NCBI RefSeq assembly: GCF_035084215.1
Contig: NC_090345.1
Location: 33,604,001 to 33,668,000 of the forward strand
Source of the DNA: Heptranchias perlo
Taxonomy: Eukaryota
DNA: 64,000 nt
Reading direction: 5' to 3'
A model generated the notes under the pieces. That model was not told the origin of the DNA, searched no databases, and saw only the letters and a list, made by a program, of their open reading frames with translations. The translations under genes were made by a program, and so were the position numbers. Below are positions 25,721 through 38,324 of the stretch, in pieces. Position 1 is the first letter of the stretch, and every line of letters begins with the position of its first letter.

Positions 25721-26471
25721 CTACAACAACTCACATCACATTACACTGGGCAGAAATTATCTTTCAACTAGCTGGGGAGTTGCAGCTCCTATTGTGCGCT
25801 TTGTATGAGAGACATGCATCAGGGGAGTTGGTTTTTTCACCCCCGTCCTGACAACCCATGTCACATGACAAGCTGACAGAAAATTTATAACAACAGTTAT
25901 AAATAGCAACAGACACGAGTGACAAAAAAAATCTTATTTTCAGCATTTTAGGCTATGAAATAAAAGTCTGAGCAAAAGTTGTTGCTTGGGATTAAGTTTT
26001 TTATGTCATTTTACATCTGGCTTCAGGAGCTGCTTATGAGGCACTTTGATGCTCAGTCAGTTGATTAGGCTCAGACCATGGCAATTAATCATGTTTGATG
26101 TACTGGTCATTGGAGACACAAAGGTGGGGGAGAAACTGCCTGTGAAGCACTTACTCTACTGACAGCTTCAAAAAGAATTGCAAATTCACTGTGGGAAGGG
26201 GAGAAAAAAAATCATGTTTGATAATTATGTAAATAACAGAAGAAAAAGTTCGGAAGAGGAAATAGGAAAAAAATAATAAATAAAAGTGCTTGCACCTTAA
26301 GCAAATACTGCAAATTCAATATGTGAAGTAAAGGAACAATATTTTATAATGTAAATAACTGAGAATAAGAGACTTTGGAGAGGGAAGAACAAACAAGGCA
26401 CTGTAAAGTGGTAAGTAAATAGTGCTACCGCTGTCTATGTAGTGGTAAATAGTGCTACCGCTGTCTATGTA

Positions 26472-26587
26472 AATTTCACAATGCATTATTTCATTTCGTT
26501 CACCTGAGGAAGGAGGAAGCCTCCGAAAGCTTGTGAATTTAAAATAAAATTGCTGGACTATAACTTGGTGTTGTAAAATTGTTTACA
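26472..26587 (+). mobile_element. Mini Penelope-like insertion (pLTR end with hammerhead)
   Basis: Nearly identical to 32510-32597, with a 12-bp TSD gctgtctatgta (26460-26471, 26588-26599). Confidence 0.88.
26499..26537 (+). ncRNA. Minimal type I hammerhead ribozyme motif
   Basis: ttcac-CTGAGGA-a-ggagg(aag)cctcc-GAAA-gc-T-T-gtgaa gives helix I ttcac/gtgaa, helix II ggagg/cctcc, and a palindromic AGCT helix III. Confidence 0.8.
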
Positions 26588-27182
26588 GCTGTCTATGTAG
26601 CCTGTGTCTTTCAGTACAGTGTGTAATATTTTTACTTTGTGACAGTCATGTAATGTATTGCTTCAGTGTAAGTTTGCTGTATAATAGCAATGGGCGAATT
26701 GCTGTCATGTTTAGCCAGTTGCAGGATTGTGGTAAGCAGCCAAAACTGTGCCAATACTTATTCTGTGTGAAATGTTGTGTGCCTAAATTTCACAATGCAT
26801 TATTTTTGAAGACATTAATGAAAAATGTATTTATACTGTACAAAGCGAAAGAGGAAATTCAGTACATAAGAGGTTAAACCAAAATATAAAAGGAACAAAC
26901 TTCACTCTCTAACACTTATTGCCCTTTGCGGACAGAATTTATTGTAGAAGCAGACAATTCATCTATAGTGTAGATTAATGACCTTGTTTACTTCCTTCCG
27001 AAGCACTATCAAAAGATTATTCAATTGAAAGTCCAAAGATAGAGTAGAAGCCATTGTAAGACAGATGTGTCTAGAAATATCTGCAGTAAAGTAGACAGTC
27101 CACTGCAATTTATAACAGAAGTTGCAGCACTTTTAATTCTGGAAGGAGTATAGAGTTCATTCCCCTCCAGAGCAAATGTTTA

Positions 27183-27500
27183 AAAAGAAAGACTTCCATT
27201 TATAAAGTGCTTCACCACATTGCTCAGAAACATCTCAAAGCACTTCACATACAATTAATTAATTTTGAAGTGAAGTCATTGGCCTTCTATATGTTTTTGA
27301 TGATGTTGCTTGAGGGAGAAATGTTAGCCAGTACACAGGAAGAAATCCCTGATTGTTTTCAAATTGTGCCATGGAATTGTTAATGTCCACCTGAACCACT
27401 GGAACAGGCAGATGGGACCTCTCCTGTTTCAGAACCTCCGACAATGCAGTACTCGCTCAGTATGGCACAGGAGTGTCAGTCCAGAGGATGTGCTTAAATT
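27183..27500 (-). mobile_element. Degenerate Deu-domain SINE
   Basis: Has the tail aaagacttccatttataaagtgc and the core tgccatggaattgttaatgtccacctga...cctccgacaatgcagtactc, as in 39376-39818. Confidence 0.7.
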
Positions 27501-27716
27501 TGGGTCTGGTTTGATATATTGCCAAAATCTACACTGCAAAGTGAGTTCACCATTAAAACGCGCACAGGGAAAATTAGTATGCTGTTGCAAATTAATCCAA
27601 AGTTACTATCATCTTAACATTCACCCAGACTCGTTCTGGAATTTATTTCTGACCTCCACTTTCATGGGTGGGAAATTCTATTCACATAGTCAGGGCAAGT
27701 TAGTTTCCAGGTTTAA

Positions 27717-30650
27717 AATCATTGAATCATGGAAAGGTTACAGCACGGAAGGAGGCCATTTGGCCCATTGAGTCCACGCTGGCTCTACATAAGAGCAATC
27801 CAGCTAGTCCCACTTGCCCAGCCTATCCCATAGCCCTGCAATTTTTTTCCTTTCAAGTACTTATCCAGTTCCCTTTTGAAGACCATAATTGAACTTGCCT
27901 CTACCACCCCCTCAGGCAGTGCATTCCAGATCCTAACCACTCGCTGTGTAAAAAAGCTTTTCCTAATGTCACCTTTGGTTCTTTTGCCAATCACCTTAAA
28001 TCTATATCCTCTGGTTCTTGACCCTTCTGCCAATGGGAACAGTTTCTCTCTATCTACTCTGTCTAGACCCTTCATGATTTTGAATACTTCTATCAAATCT
28101 CCTCACAACCATCTCTGTTCCAAGGAGAACAATCCCAGCTTCTCCAGTCTATCCATGTAACTAAAGTCCCTCATCCCTGGAATAATTCTAATAAATCTCT
28201 TCTGCACCCTCTCTAAGGCCTTCACATCTTTCCTAAAGTGCGGTGCCCAGAACTGGACACTATACTCCAGTTGTGGCCGAACCACTGTGTATGAAGGTTC
28301 ATCATGACTTCCATACTTTTGTACTCTATGCCTCTATTTATAAAGCCCAGGATCCTGTATGCTTTTTTAACTGCTTTCTCAACCTGCCCTGCCACCTTCA
28401 ACAAATTGTGCACATATACCCCCAGATCTCTCTGTTCCTGTACCCCTTTTAAAGTAGTTCCCTTGAATTTATATTGCCTCTCCTCGTTCTTCCTACTGAA
28501 ATGCATCACTTCGCATTTTTCTGTGTTAAATTTCATCTGCCACGTGTCCGCCCATGCCACCAGCCTGTTTATATCCTCTTGAAGTCTATCACTATTCTCC
28601 TCACTGTTTACTACCCTTCCAAGTTTTGTGTCATCTGCAAATTTTGAAATTATGCCCTGTACATCCAAGTCCTAGTCATTAATATATATCAAGAAAAGCA
28701 GTGGTCCCAGCACCAACCCCTGGGGAACTCCACTGTACACCTACCTCCAGTCCAAAAAACAACCGTTCACCACTACTCTCTGTTTCCTGTCCCTTGGCTA
28801 ATTCTGTATTCGTGTTGCTACTGCCCCCTTTATTCCATAGGCTGCAATCTTGATGATAAGCCTACCATGCGGTACTTTATCAAACGCCTTGTGAAAGTCC
28901 ATATACACCACATCAACTGCATTGCCCTCATCTACCCTCTCTGTTACCTTATCAACAAACTCTACCAGGTTAGTTAAACACAATTTGCCTTTAACAAATC
29001 CGTGCTGGCTTTCCCTGATCAATCCACTCTTGTCCAAGTGACTGCTAATTCTGTCCCGGATTATCGTTTCTAAAAGTTTCCTCACACTGAGGTTAAACTG
29101 ACTGGCCTATAGATGCTGGGATTATCCTTACACACTTTTTTGAACAAGGGTGTAACATTTGCGATTCACCAGTCCTCTGGCACCACCACCTCCCCCCCCC
29201 CCCCACCCCATATCTACAGATTTTGGAAGATTATGGCCAGTCCCTCCGCAATTTCCACCCTTACTTCCCTCGGCAACCTAGGATGCATCCCATCCAGACC
29301 AGGTGACTTATCTACTTTAAGTATGGCTAGCCTTTCTAGTACCTCGTCTTTATCAATTTTTAACCCATCCAGTATCTCAATTATATCTTCTTTTACTGAG
29401 ACTCTGGCAGCATCTTCTTCCTTGGTAAAGACAGATGCAAAGTAGTCATTTAATACCTCAGCCATCCCCTTTGCCTCCATGAGTAGATCTCCTTTATGGT
29501 CCCTAATTTGCTCAACCCCTCTTCTTACTACCTGTTTACATGCCTGTAGATGACTTTTGGATTCCCTTTTATGTTGGCCACCAGTCTATTCTCCTACTCT
29601 CTCTTTGCCCCTCTTATTTCCTTTTTCACTTCCCCTCTGAACTTTCTATATTCTGCCTGGTTCTCACTTGTGTTATCAATCTGACATCTGTCATACGCCC
29701 TTTTCTTCCATTTCATCTTACTCACTATCTCTTTTTTCATCCAGGGAACTCTGCCTTTAGTTGCCCTACCTTTCTGCCTCATGGGAATGTGCCTAGACTG
29801 TACCCAAACCATCTCCTCTTTAAAGGCCGCCCACTGTTCAATTACAGTTTTGCCTGCCAATCTTTGATTCGAATTTACCCGGGCCAGATCTGTTCTCACC
29901 CCATTGAAATTGGCCCTCCTCTAATTGAGTATTTTTACTTTAGAGTGGTCCGTGTCCTTTTCCATAGCTATTCTAAACCTTATGATACTATGATCGCTGC
30001 TCCCTAAATGCTCCCCCACTGACACTTGCTCCTCTTGGCCCACCTCATTCCCTAGAACCAAGTCCAGCAATGCCTCCTTTCTCATTGGGCCGGAAACTTA
30101 CTGGTTAAGAAAGTTATCCTAAACACATTTCACAAATTCCTCCCCCTCTTTGCCCCTTATATTATTATTGGTATCCCAGTCTATATTAGGATAATTGAAG
30201 TCCCCAGTTATCACTACTCTATAGCTTTTGCACCTCTCTGTAATTTCTCTGCAAATTTGCTCCTCTATATCCTTCCCACTGGGTGGCCTATAGAATACAC
30301 CCAGTAGTGTAATGGCACCTCTTTAATTTCTTAACTCTAAACAAATAGATTCTGTCCTTGACCCCTTCAGGACATCGTCTCTCTCCAGTACCACAATATT
30401 CTCCTTAATCAACACTGCCACTCGCACTCCTTTCTTTCCTTCCCTATCTTTCCTGAACACCTTGTATCCAGGAATATTTAGTACCCAATCCTGCCCTTTT
30501 TTGAGCCAGGACTCCGTTATCGCCATGACATCGTATTCCCATGTGGCTATTTACGCCTGCAGCTCACCAACCTTGTTTACCATGCTTCGTGCGTTTACAC
30601 ACATGCACTGCAAACCAGTCTTAGACTTTCTTGTACTGCCTCTTAGTCTG
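27717..30650 (-). mobile_element. CR1 LINE with near-complete but disrupted ORF2 (APE endonuclease + RT)
   Basis: The APE start reads CMCVNARSMVNKVGEL...AITESWL...IPGYKVFRKDR. RT motifs follow, including YMDFHKAFDKVPH and FADDTK, then the 3' UTR. Several stops and frameshifts. Confidence 0.93.
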
Positions 30651-30973
30651 AAGGTGAACTGAGAAATAAAGTAACCTGCTAGCTTGGAAGTAATATTGTT
30701 GTGTTTGTCCCTCGATTGTTGTTTCTTCTTTCCCTTCTTGCTCATTGATCTTCCATGAACCTTTGAAGTGTTTCCCTACTCCACTGATAAGTTCGCTGCT
30801 GATGTCAAATCTATATTTTATTCATCTCAAAGACTAATTAATTTCCTCCGGTCAAAGTTTAAATTGCATTACTCAAAAGTTAAGTTGAACAAGTTCAAAA
30901 AAGATCTTTACAGCAATCAACTTTTAAAACATCTTCTATCACTCTCTGTCCAGTCCAAACACACGGAACAGCC

Positions 30974-32181
30974 ATGGGGACCAAATTTGCACCCCAATAC
31001 GCCAACATTTTCATGCACAAGTTCAAGCAGGACTTCTTCACTGCACAGGACCTCCAACCAACGCTATACACCAGATACATCGACGACATTTTCTTTCTAT
31101 GGACCCACGGCGAAGAATCACTGAAGAGACTACACGATAACATTAACAAGTTCCATCCCACCATCAAGCTCACCATGGACTACTCCTCAGAATCAGTTTC
31201 TTTCTTGGACACACGAATCTCCATCAAAGACGGGCACCTCAGCACCTCACTCTACCGCAAGCCCACGGACAACCTCACGATGCTCCACTTTTCCAGCTTC
31301 CACCCTAACCACGTCAAAGAGGCCAGCCCCTATGGACAGGCCCTGCGAATACACAGGGTCTGCTCAGACGAGGAGGAACACGATGGACACCTACAGACGC
31401 TGAATGACGCCCTAGTAAGAACGGGATATGACGCTCGACTCATCGATCGACAGTTCCTACGGGCCACAGCGAAAAATCGCATAGACCTCCTCAGAAGACT
31501 AACACGGGACGCAACCAACAGAGTACCCTTCGTCGTCCAGTACTTCCCCGGAGCGGAGAAACTACGCCATGTTCTCCGCAGCCTTCAACATGTCATCAAT
31601 GACGACGAACACCTCTCTATGGCCATCCCCACACCTCCACTACTCGCCTTTAAACAGCCACCCAACCTCAAACAGACTATCGTTCGCAGCAAATTACCCA
31701 GCTTTCAGGAGAACAGCGTCCACGACACCACACAACCCTGCCACGGTAACCTCTGCAAGACATGCCAGATCATCGACACAGATACCACCATCACACGAGA
31801 GGACACCACCCACCAGGTGCATGGTTCATACTCCTGTGACTCGGCCAATGTTGTCTACCTCATACGTTGCAGGAAAGGATGCCCCAGAGCATGGTACATT
31901 GGCGAGACCATGCAGACGCTGCGACAACGGATGAACGGACGCTGCGACAACGGATGAACGGACACCGCGCAACAATCGCCAGACAGGAGGGTTCCCTCCC
32001 AGTCGGGGAACACTTCAGCAGTCAGGGACATTCAGCCACCGACCTTCGGGTAAGCGTACTCCAAGGCGGCCTTCGAGACACATGACAACGCAAAATCGTC
32101 GAGCAGAAATTGATAGCCAAGTTCCGCACCCATGAGGACGGCCTCAACTGGGATCTTGGGTTCATGTCACGCTACACGTAA
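30974..32181 (+). pseudogene. Penelope RT/GIY-YIG ORF, frameshifted by a 23-bp tandem duplication
   Basis: gacgctgcgacaacggatgaacg is duplicated (31915-31937, 31938-31960). There is one further in-frame TGA at ~32083. Confidence 0.88.
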
Positions 32182-32506
32182 GCCCACCAGCGAACAAAAG
32201 CTATCTGTTTTTAATATAACGGGTCATTTGCTGGCTTTCTCTGCCTTCCGGATGTTTCTGCCTCTCTCTCTCTGTTTTTTTTTCCTTTTGTAAACAATTT
32301 TACAACACCAAGTTATAGTCCAACGATGTTATTTTTTTTTCCTGTTTGTTTTTTTTTGTTGAATGTATATTTGGGGGCTCTGTAGGCAACACCTCTCTGT
32401 CTGAACACAGTGATTGCCTTGGCAACGGGCAGTTGCAAAGACTCTCTGTAATCACCATGTATTGTTCTGTGATTTATAAATGCGTAGGCTTCGAGGAGTT
32501 CCTGAC

Positions 32507-32547
32507 ATTTACCTGAGGAAGGAGGAAGCCTCCGAAAGCTTGTAAAT
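32507..32547 (+). ncRNA. Minimal type I hammerhead ribozyme motif in Penelope pLTR
   Basis: atttac-CTGAGGA-aggaggaagcctcc-GAAA-gc-TT-gtaaat, with helix I atttac/gtaaat. Confidence 0.82.
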
Positions 32548-33719
32548 TTCAAATAAAATCGTTGGACTATAACTTGGTGTTGTAAAATTGTTTACAATTG
32601 TCAACCGCAGTCCATCACCGGCATCTCCACATCAGTGAAAGGATGGCAACATTGAGCTAATACCCTGCGTGACTGTGTGGTATAGGAGATTCTTCAGAGC
32701 TGACCTCTGCATAAATGTAGCAAAAATTATACCAAAAGTAACAGGAAAGGAAGAGGACTAATTAATGTTATGTGCTCAACTAGGAATTTTTAAAGCTGAA
32801 GTACACCCTTTCAAATGGACATTCTTGTCAATGTTATAAATTAAATAATTAGTCACAGAAGATCTCTCTAGACTTGTATTAGCCAGAAGTACCAAACAAT
32901 TACCAGTTTTTATACTTGAACAGGGTGATTCTAGAATCTCACACTCTGAGCAAACAGGAGTAAATCAACAAAAAACTCAGATAATTTGTTTCTGGTTTGT
33001 TGACACTATAAACTTTGTGAATTTAGAAATCAATATGAACAAAATACAGTTTATCCTGACTCCTTTAAAATAAGAGTTCCCACGCCACAAAAATTTGGTG
33101 TGCTCAGGAGCTTTCGACACATGGCAGTAAGTGTGGAAAGTCCACAGCCCAGAAGCGTGGAGAGCTGAGGCACAGCATGGAAAGCATGCGGCTAGCATTG
33201 ACAGCTCCAGAGTTATCTGCAGTGAAGCCCCTCACATCAGAGTCTGTTATGGCTACTCAGAGGCAAAGAATTTAAGCTATTGGGACCATAACTGACACTG
33301 GTAGTGCTTTGCCTGCCCTGCAGTGTGGTTACAGGTCCTCTTGCAACTGGCTGCAGAGCTTTTGGAATACCTCCCTGAGGGATCTACACCTTCAAAGACA
33401 TCACTTCTCTGTGGGGTTAAGAAAAGTCCAGTGAGGCAATAAATGCGTCCTTCTGGGTAAGACCAGGGAGGTGCCCTCGTCCTCTAATGTTGCCTCACCA
33501 CCCTGGCATCCAAAAGTGCTCTTTCTGGTCCTCCTCTTCTCCCTCCAAATAGGCCATGCAGAAGGGACCCACATAGTGCTGAGCACTTCCCATGCTCCTG
33601 CTGAAATTTGGGCATACTGTGTCCCACTAGTACGACAGCAAAGTTACTTGATTGCAGATAACAATCAATGACGCTAAAACTCACTTTAACAAATGAAGCT
33701 GATAGTTCAAACACGTTCT

Positions 33720-33838
33720 TTAGATTTGTGGTTGGGATCAGATCAGCCATGATCTTATTGAATGGCGGAGCAGGCTCGAGGGGCCGATTGGCCTACTCCT
33801 GCTCCAATTTCTTATGTTCTTCTTATGTTCTTATGTTT
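33720..33838 (+). mobile_element. CR1 3' UTR fragment
   Basis: gatcagccatgatcttattgaatggcggagcaggctcgagggg...(ttcttatg)n. Confidence 0.85.
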
Positions 33839-34854
33839 CCTGACCCAACACAGAATTTGAATGCACCTGACCAGCAACCAGCAGAAATGGAGGAATGCTG
33901 CTCGCAGGCACAAGTAACATCCGTCCAAATTCGATTTGCATAGCAGCGCCTCTTTCAGGTGCGCGTAATCAAATGTCGCCCGAACCACTGAAAGACAGTC
34001 AGTGCGCAGTGCAGTTTAATGGCTCTGTGCCTATTTTTAGTGAGGCTATTTTGGGGAACAATGCAACAGTAAATTGGCCCTCTTATTTTCATGTTTAAAA
34101 AGAAGAAAACAAAATGCTTACACTCAATATTTGGGTGAAATATCCACCTATCAATACTGATGCTCTAACATTGAAAAATGTCTATTGCTGTGTAGAATAT
34201 TTTTTTTGCCCCTGAGACCTGGGCTCCGATCTAGTCCAAACGCAGGCAATAAAATTCTCCTTTTTCTGACAACTGTAAGGTCCCCAAATGAAATCAGTTT
34301 CGAAAGTCTCCGTCTATTTCTTAACAGGTATGAATTCACTGCAAAAAGCTGCCCATATTTCAGTACTAATTGGCAGTCTTATTCAAAGAGCATGCAAGGA
34401 TGCCTGGCATGGGAAATGGAAATGAAAGCTGTTATCCTTTACCTTGATAAGCACAAAGTTTCACCCAAAATTTAAAGCCTAGAGAAAATTAGATGGTTCT
34501 GGCTGAAAAATCTCTTCTGATGCATTTATATTGCAACTTCAGCATCACTGTGCAGTCGTCTGACAGTGATGCAAAAGTTACAGTATAACACCATTTGACT
34601 CCAGGGGGCGGCAGTGTGAGATTCCTGGAGTGAGTAGTCTCACACTGTTTGGGGTTGAAACATATGAAGTCTAATTCCAATGCAGTGCCAAACAACTCCT
34701 ACAAAATTCTCAGGGTACCTCTTGGACTTCTTGGATATTTTGCAAACATACCGAATGTACAGAGAGTGCAACTGCTCCGACTGATGCTCTCAATACAAAT
34801 TAAAATAAATGATCTGAGATTGGTTGCTGCAGTATACATCACCTATTAATAGAT

Positions 34855-34990
34855 AGAATCATAGAAGTTTACAACATGGAAACAGGCCCTTCGGCCCAAC
34901 ATGTCCATGTCGCCCAGTTTATAACACTAAGCTAGTCCCAATTGCCTGCACTTGGCCCATATTCCTCTATACCCATCTTACCCATAAGAT
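34855..34990 (-). mobile_element. CR1 3' UTR fragment
   Basis: atagaatcatagaagtttacaacatggaaacaggcccttcggccc is a reverse CR1 tail. Confidence 0.75.
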
Positions 34991-35031
34991 ATAAGAAATG
35001 TAGGGGCCGATTTTCCTCTCTTCTTGCCCAA

Positions 35032-37285
35032 CTTTTTTTTTTATTCGTTCATGGGATGTGGGCGTCGCTGGCGAGGCCAGCATTTATTGCCCATCCCTAA
35101 TTGCCCTTGAGAAGGTGGTGGTGAGCCGCCTTCTTGAACCGCTGCAGTCCGTGTGGTGAAGGTTCTCCCACAGTGCTGTTAGGAAGGGAGTTCCAGAATT
35201 TTAACCCAGCGACGATGAAGGAATGGCGATATATTTCAAAGTCGGAATGGTGTGTGACTTGGAGGGGAATGTGCAGGTGGTGGTGTTCCCATGTGCCTGC
35301 TGCCCTTGTCCTTCTAGGTGGTAGAGGTTGCGGGTTTGGGAGTTGCTGCAGTGCATCCTGTGGACGGTACACACTGCAGCCACTGTGCGCCGGTGGTGAA
35401 GGGAGTGAATGTTTAGGGTGGTGGATGGGGTGCCAATCAAGGGGGCTGCTTTGTCCTGGATGGTGTCGAGCTTCTTGAGTGTTGTTGGAGCTGCACTCAT
35501 CCAGGCAAGTGGGGAGTATTCCATCACACTCCTGACTTGTGCCTTGTAGATGGTGGAAAGGCTTTGGGGAGTCAGGAAATGAGTCACTTGCCACAGAATA
35601 CCCAGCCTCTGACCTGCCCTTGTAGCCACAGTATTTATGTGGCTGGTCCAGTTAAGTTTCTGGTCAATGGTGACCCCCAGGATGTTGATGGTAGGGGATT
35701 CGGCGATGGTAATGTTGTTGAATGTCAAGGGGAAGTGGTTAGACTCTCTCTTGTTGGAGATGGTCATTGCCTGGCACTTGTCTGGCGTGAATGTTACTTG
35801 CCAATTATCAGCCTAAGCCTGGATGTTGTCCAGGTCTTGCTGCATTTGGGCACGGACTGCTTCATTATCTGAGGGGTTGCCAATGGACCTGAACACTGCA
35901 ATTATCAGCGAACATCCCCATTTCTGACCTTATGATGGAGGGAAGGTCATTCATGAAGCAGCTGAAGATGGTTGGGCCTAGGACACTGCCCTGAGAAACT
36001 CCTGCAGCAATGTCCTGGGGCCTCCAACAACCACTACCATCTTCCTTTGTGCTAGGTATGACTCCAGCCACTGGATAGTTTTCTCCCTGATTCCCATTGA
36101 CTTCAATTTTACTTGGGCTCCTAGGTGCCACACTCGGTCAAATGCTGCCTTGATGTCAAGGGCAGTCACTCTCACTTCACCTCTGGAATTCAGCTCTTTT
36201 GTCCTTGTTTGAAGCAAGGCTGTAATGAGGTCTGGAGCCGAGTGGTCCTGGCGGAACCCAAACTGAGCATCGGTGAGCAGGTTATTGGTGAGTATGTGCC
36301 ACTTGATAGCACTGTTGACGACACCTTCCATCACTTTGCTGATGATTGAGAGTAGGTTGATGGGACGGTAATTGGCCGGATTGGATTTGTCCTGCTTTTT
36401 GTGGACAGGACATACCTGGGCAATTTTCCACATTGTCGGGTGGATGCCAGTGTTGTAGCTGTAGTGAAACAGTTTGGCTAGAGGCGCGGCTAGTTCTGGA
36501 GCACAAGTCTTCAGCATTACAGCCGGGATGTTGTCGGGGCCCATAGCCTTTGCTGTATCCAGTGCACTCAGCCGTTTCTTGATATCACGTGGAGTGAATC
36601 GAATTGGCTGAAGACTGGCTTCTGTGATGGTGGGGATATCGGGAGGAGGCTGAGATGGATCATCCACTCGGCACTTCTGGCTGAAGATGGTTGCAAACGC
36701 TTCAGCCTTGTCTTTTGCACTCATGTGCTGGACTCCGCCATCATTGAGGATGGGGATGTTTACAGAGTCTCCTCCTCCCATTAGTTGTTTAATTGTCCAC
36801 CACCATTCACACCCGGATGTGGCAGGACTGCAGAGCTTTGATTTGATCCGGTGGTTGTGGAATCGCTTAGCTCTGTCTATATCATTACCAGGTTGGCACC
36901 TCATTTTTAGGTATGCCTGGTGCTGTTCCTGGCATGCTCTTCTACACTCCTCATTGAACCAGGGTTGATCCCCTGGCTTGTTGGTAATGGTAGAGTGAGG
37001 AATATGCCGGGCCATGAGGTTACAGATTGTGCTGGAATACAATTCTGCTGCTGCTGATGGCCCACAGCACCTTCATGGATGCCCAGTTTTGAGCTGCTAG
37101 ATCTGTTCTGAATCTGTCCCATTTAGCACAGTGATAGTGCTACACAACATGTTGGATGGTCTCCTCAGTGCGAAGACGGGACTTCGTCTCCACAAGGACT
37201 GTGCGGTGGTCACTCCTACCAATACCGTCATGGACAGATGCATTTGCGACAGGTAGATTGGTGAGGACGAGGTCAAGTAGGTCGA
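35032..37285 (-). mobile_element. CR1-group LINE (same family as 49612-52376), 5'-truncated and disrupted
   Basis: Protein fragments are nearly identical to the 871-aa ORF. It has a poly(A) tail at 35032-35042 and internal deletions and frameshifts. Confidence 0.93.
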
Positions 37286-37435
37286 GGTCAACTGTACAAC
37301 GCAAAAGAAAAATGGGTGGGGCCCATTGTACTGAGTGACCGTCCTGATTTTGTTGCACCCCAAATTCCTCTTGAGTTTTGGTTGGGGTGCACTTCAGTGA
37401 GCCAGAAGGAAGCACAGCAATAGATAAAAATCAAT

Positions 37436-37570
37436 TGGAGTCATTTTGACTTTCGGCGATAGTATAAAATGGGCAAAATTATGGGAATTAAAATAGGGAG
37501 AGATATATAATGGACAGCTGAATGGATATCGCCTGTTTTACACTATCATCCAAATTCAAAATTACCCCCC
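37436..37570. mobile_element. Short Harbinger-type MITE
   Basis: About 40-bp imperfect TIRs (ggagtcattttgactttcggcgatagtataaaat / gttttacactatcatccaaattcaaaattaccccc), with a probable AAT TSD. Confidence 0.65.
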
Positions 37571-38324
37571 AATTTGTCTTTATTATGCGTACAAAATAAA
37601 GACTGCTAAATACTACCATTTGCAATCCATGATTGAACAGGCAAACTTTCCTGGACAAAGTTCATAAACTGTAAAGCTGTGCAGAAATATTACTGTTCAA
37701 AACTTTTATACTGATGGAGGCACAGTCAGAGCTAAAATTACAAGTCTGTTTACCTCAATGCACTACCCTGAATTAGAATTTCATATTAAGCAATCTTGGC
37801 ACTGATAAATGTTTGACAACAAATATTTATATTCTGCAGACCACTGAAGCAAGAACTGAAGCTCTGCTGCATGACCACAGCTCCTGAAGCACTGTGATAG
37901 AGATACAAAATGAAAATGCAACAAGGATCTCTCACCCCCCCTCCCCCCACCCACAATCTATCCCCACCACCACTCCTGCCAATCCAATCTCTACCTCCTG
38001 CGATCTCTCCCTCCCTCCCTCTTCTCTGGTCCCCAGTTGTTGTCTTCTACAGCAGACTTTCCCGCCTAGCAGCCGGCCAGACTCACAATCTGGCCAAACG
38101 CCGGGCGAGAAACAGAGTAAAAAAATTGCAATAAGGTTCTGCCACTGTCAGGCGCCCTCGCTCACTCCCCGCCTCCCCGTAAATATGGGGGCCATGGTGT
38201 GGAGAATCTCTGAGAAAAGCTGTAGTGACTTGGCACTGCAGCTCTGTTGGTTCGTTAACTCTGGTGCATAATAGCCGTCAAAACTCGCAGGGTATTTGTT
38301 TTGTTGCGTATAGTAGAAGCTCTC

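Larger units (their letters stand above)
30945..32634 (+). mobile_element. Penelope-like retroelement, 5'-truncated (RT + GIY-YIG endonuclease + pLTR)
   Basis: AMGTKFAPQYANIFM...RYIDDIFFLW is PLE RT. NVVYLIRCRKGC...YIGETMQTLRQRMNGHR is GIY-YIG. The C-terminus ...EDGLNWDLGF ends at ~32181, and the pLTR carries a hammerhead. Confidence 0.95.

Noticed and set aside
30678-30812. Possible - strand exon FDISSELISGVGKHFKGSWKINEQEGKEETTIEGQTQQYYFQAS
   Set aside because: The acceptor is purine-rich, the donor is weak, and it does not match TdT/Pol mu.
34598-34616. CTCF-like motif ccagggggcg
   Set aside because: It is a partial match that is expected by chance in 64 kb.
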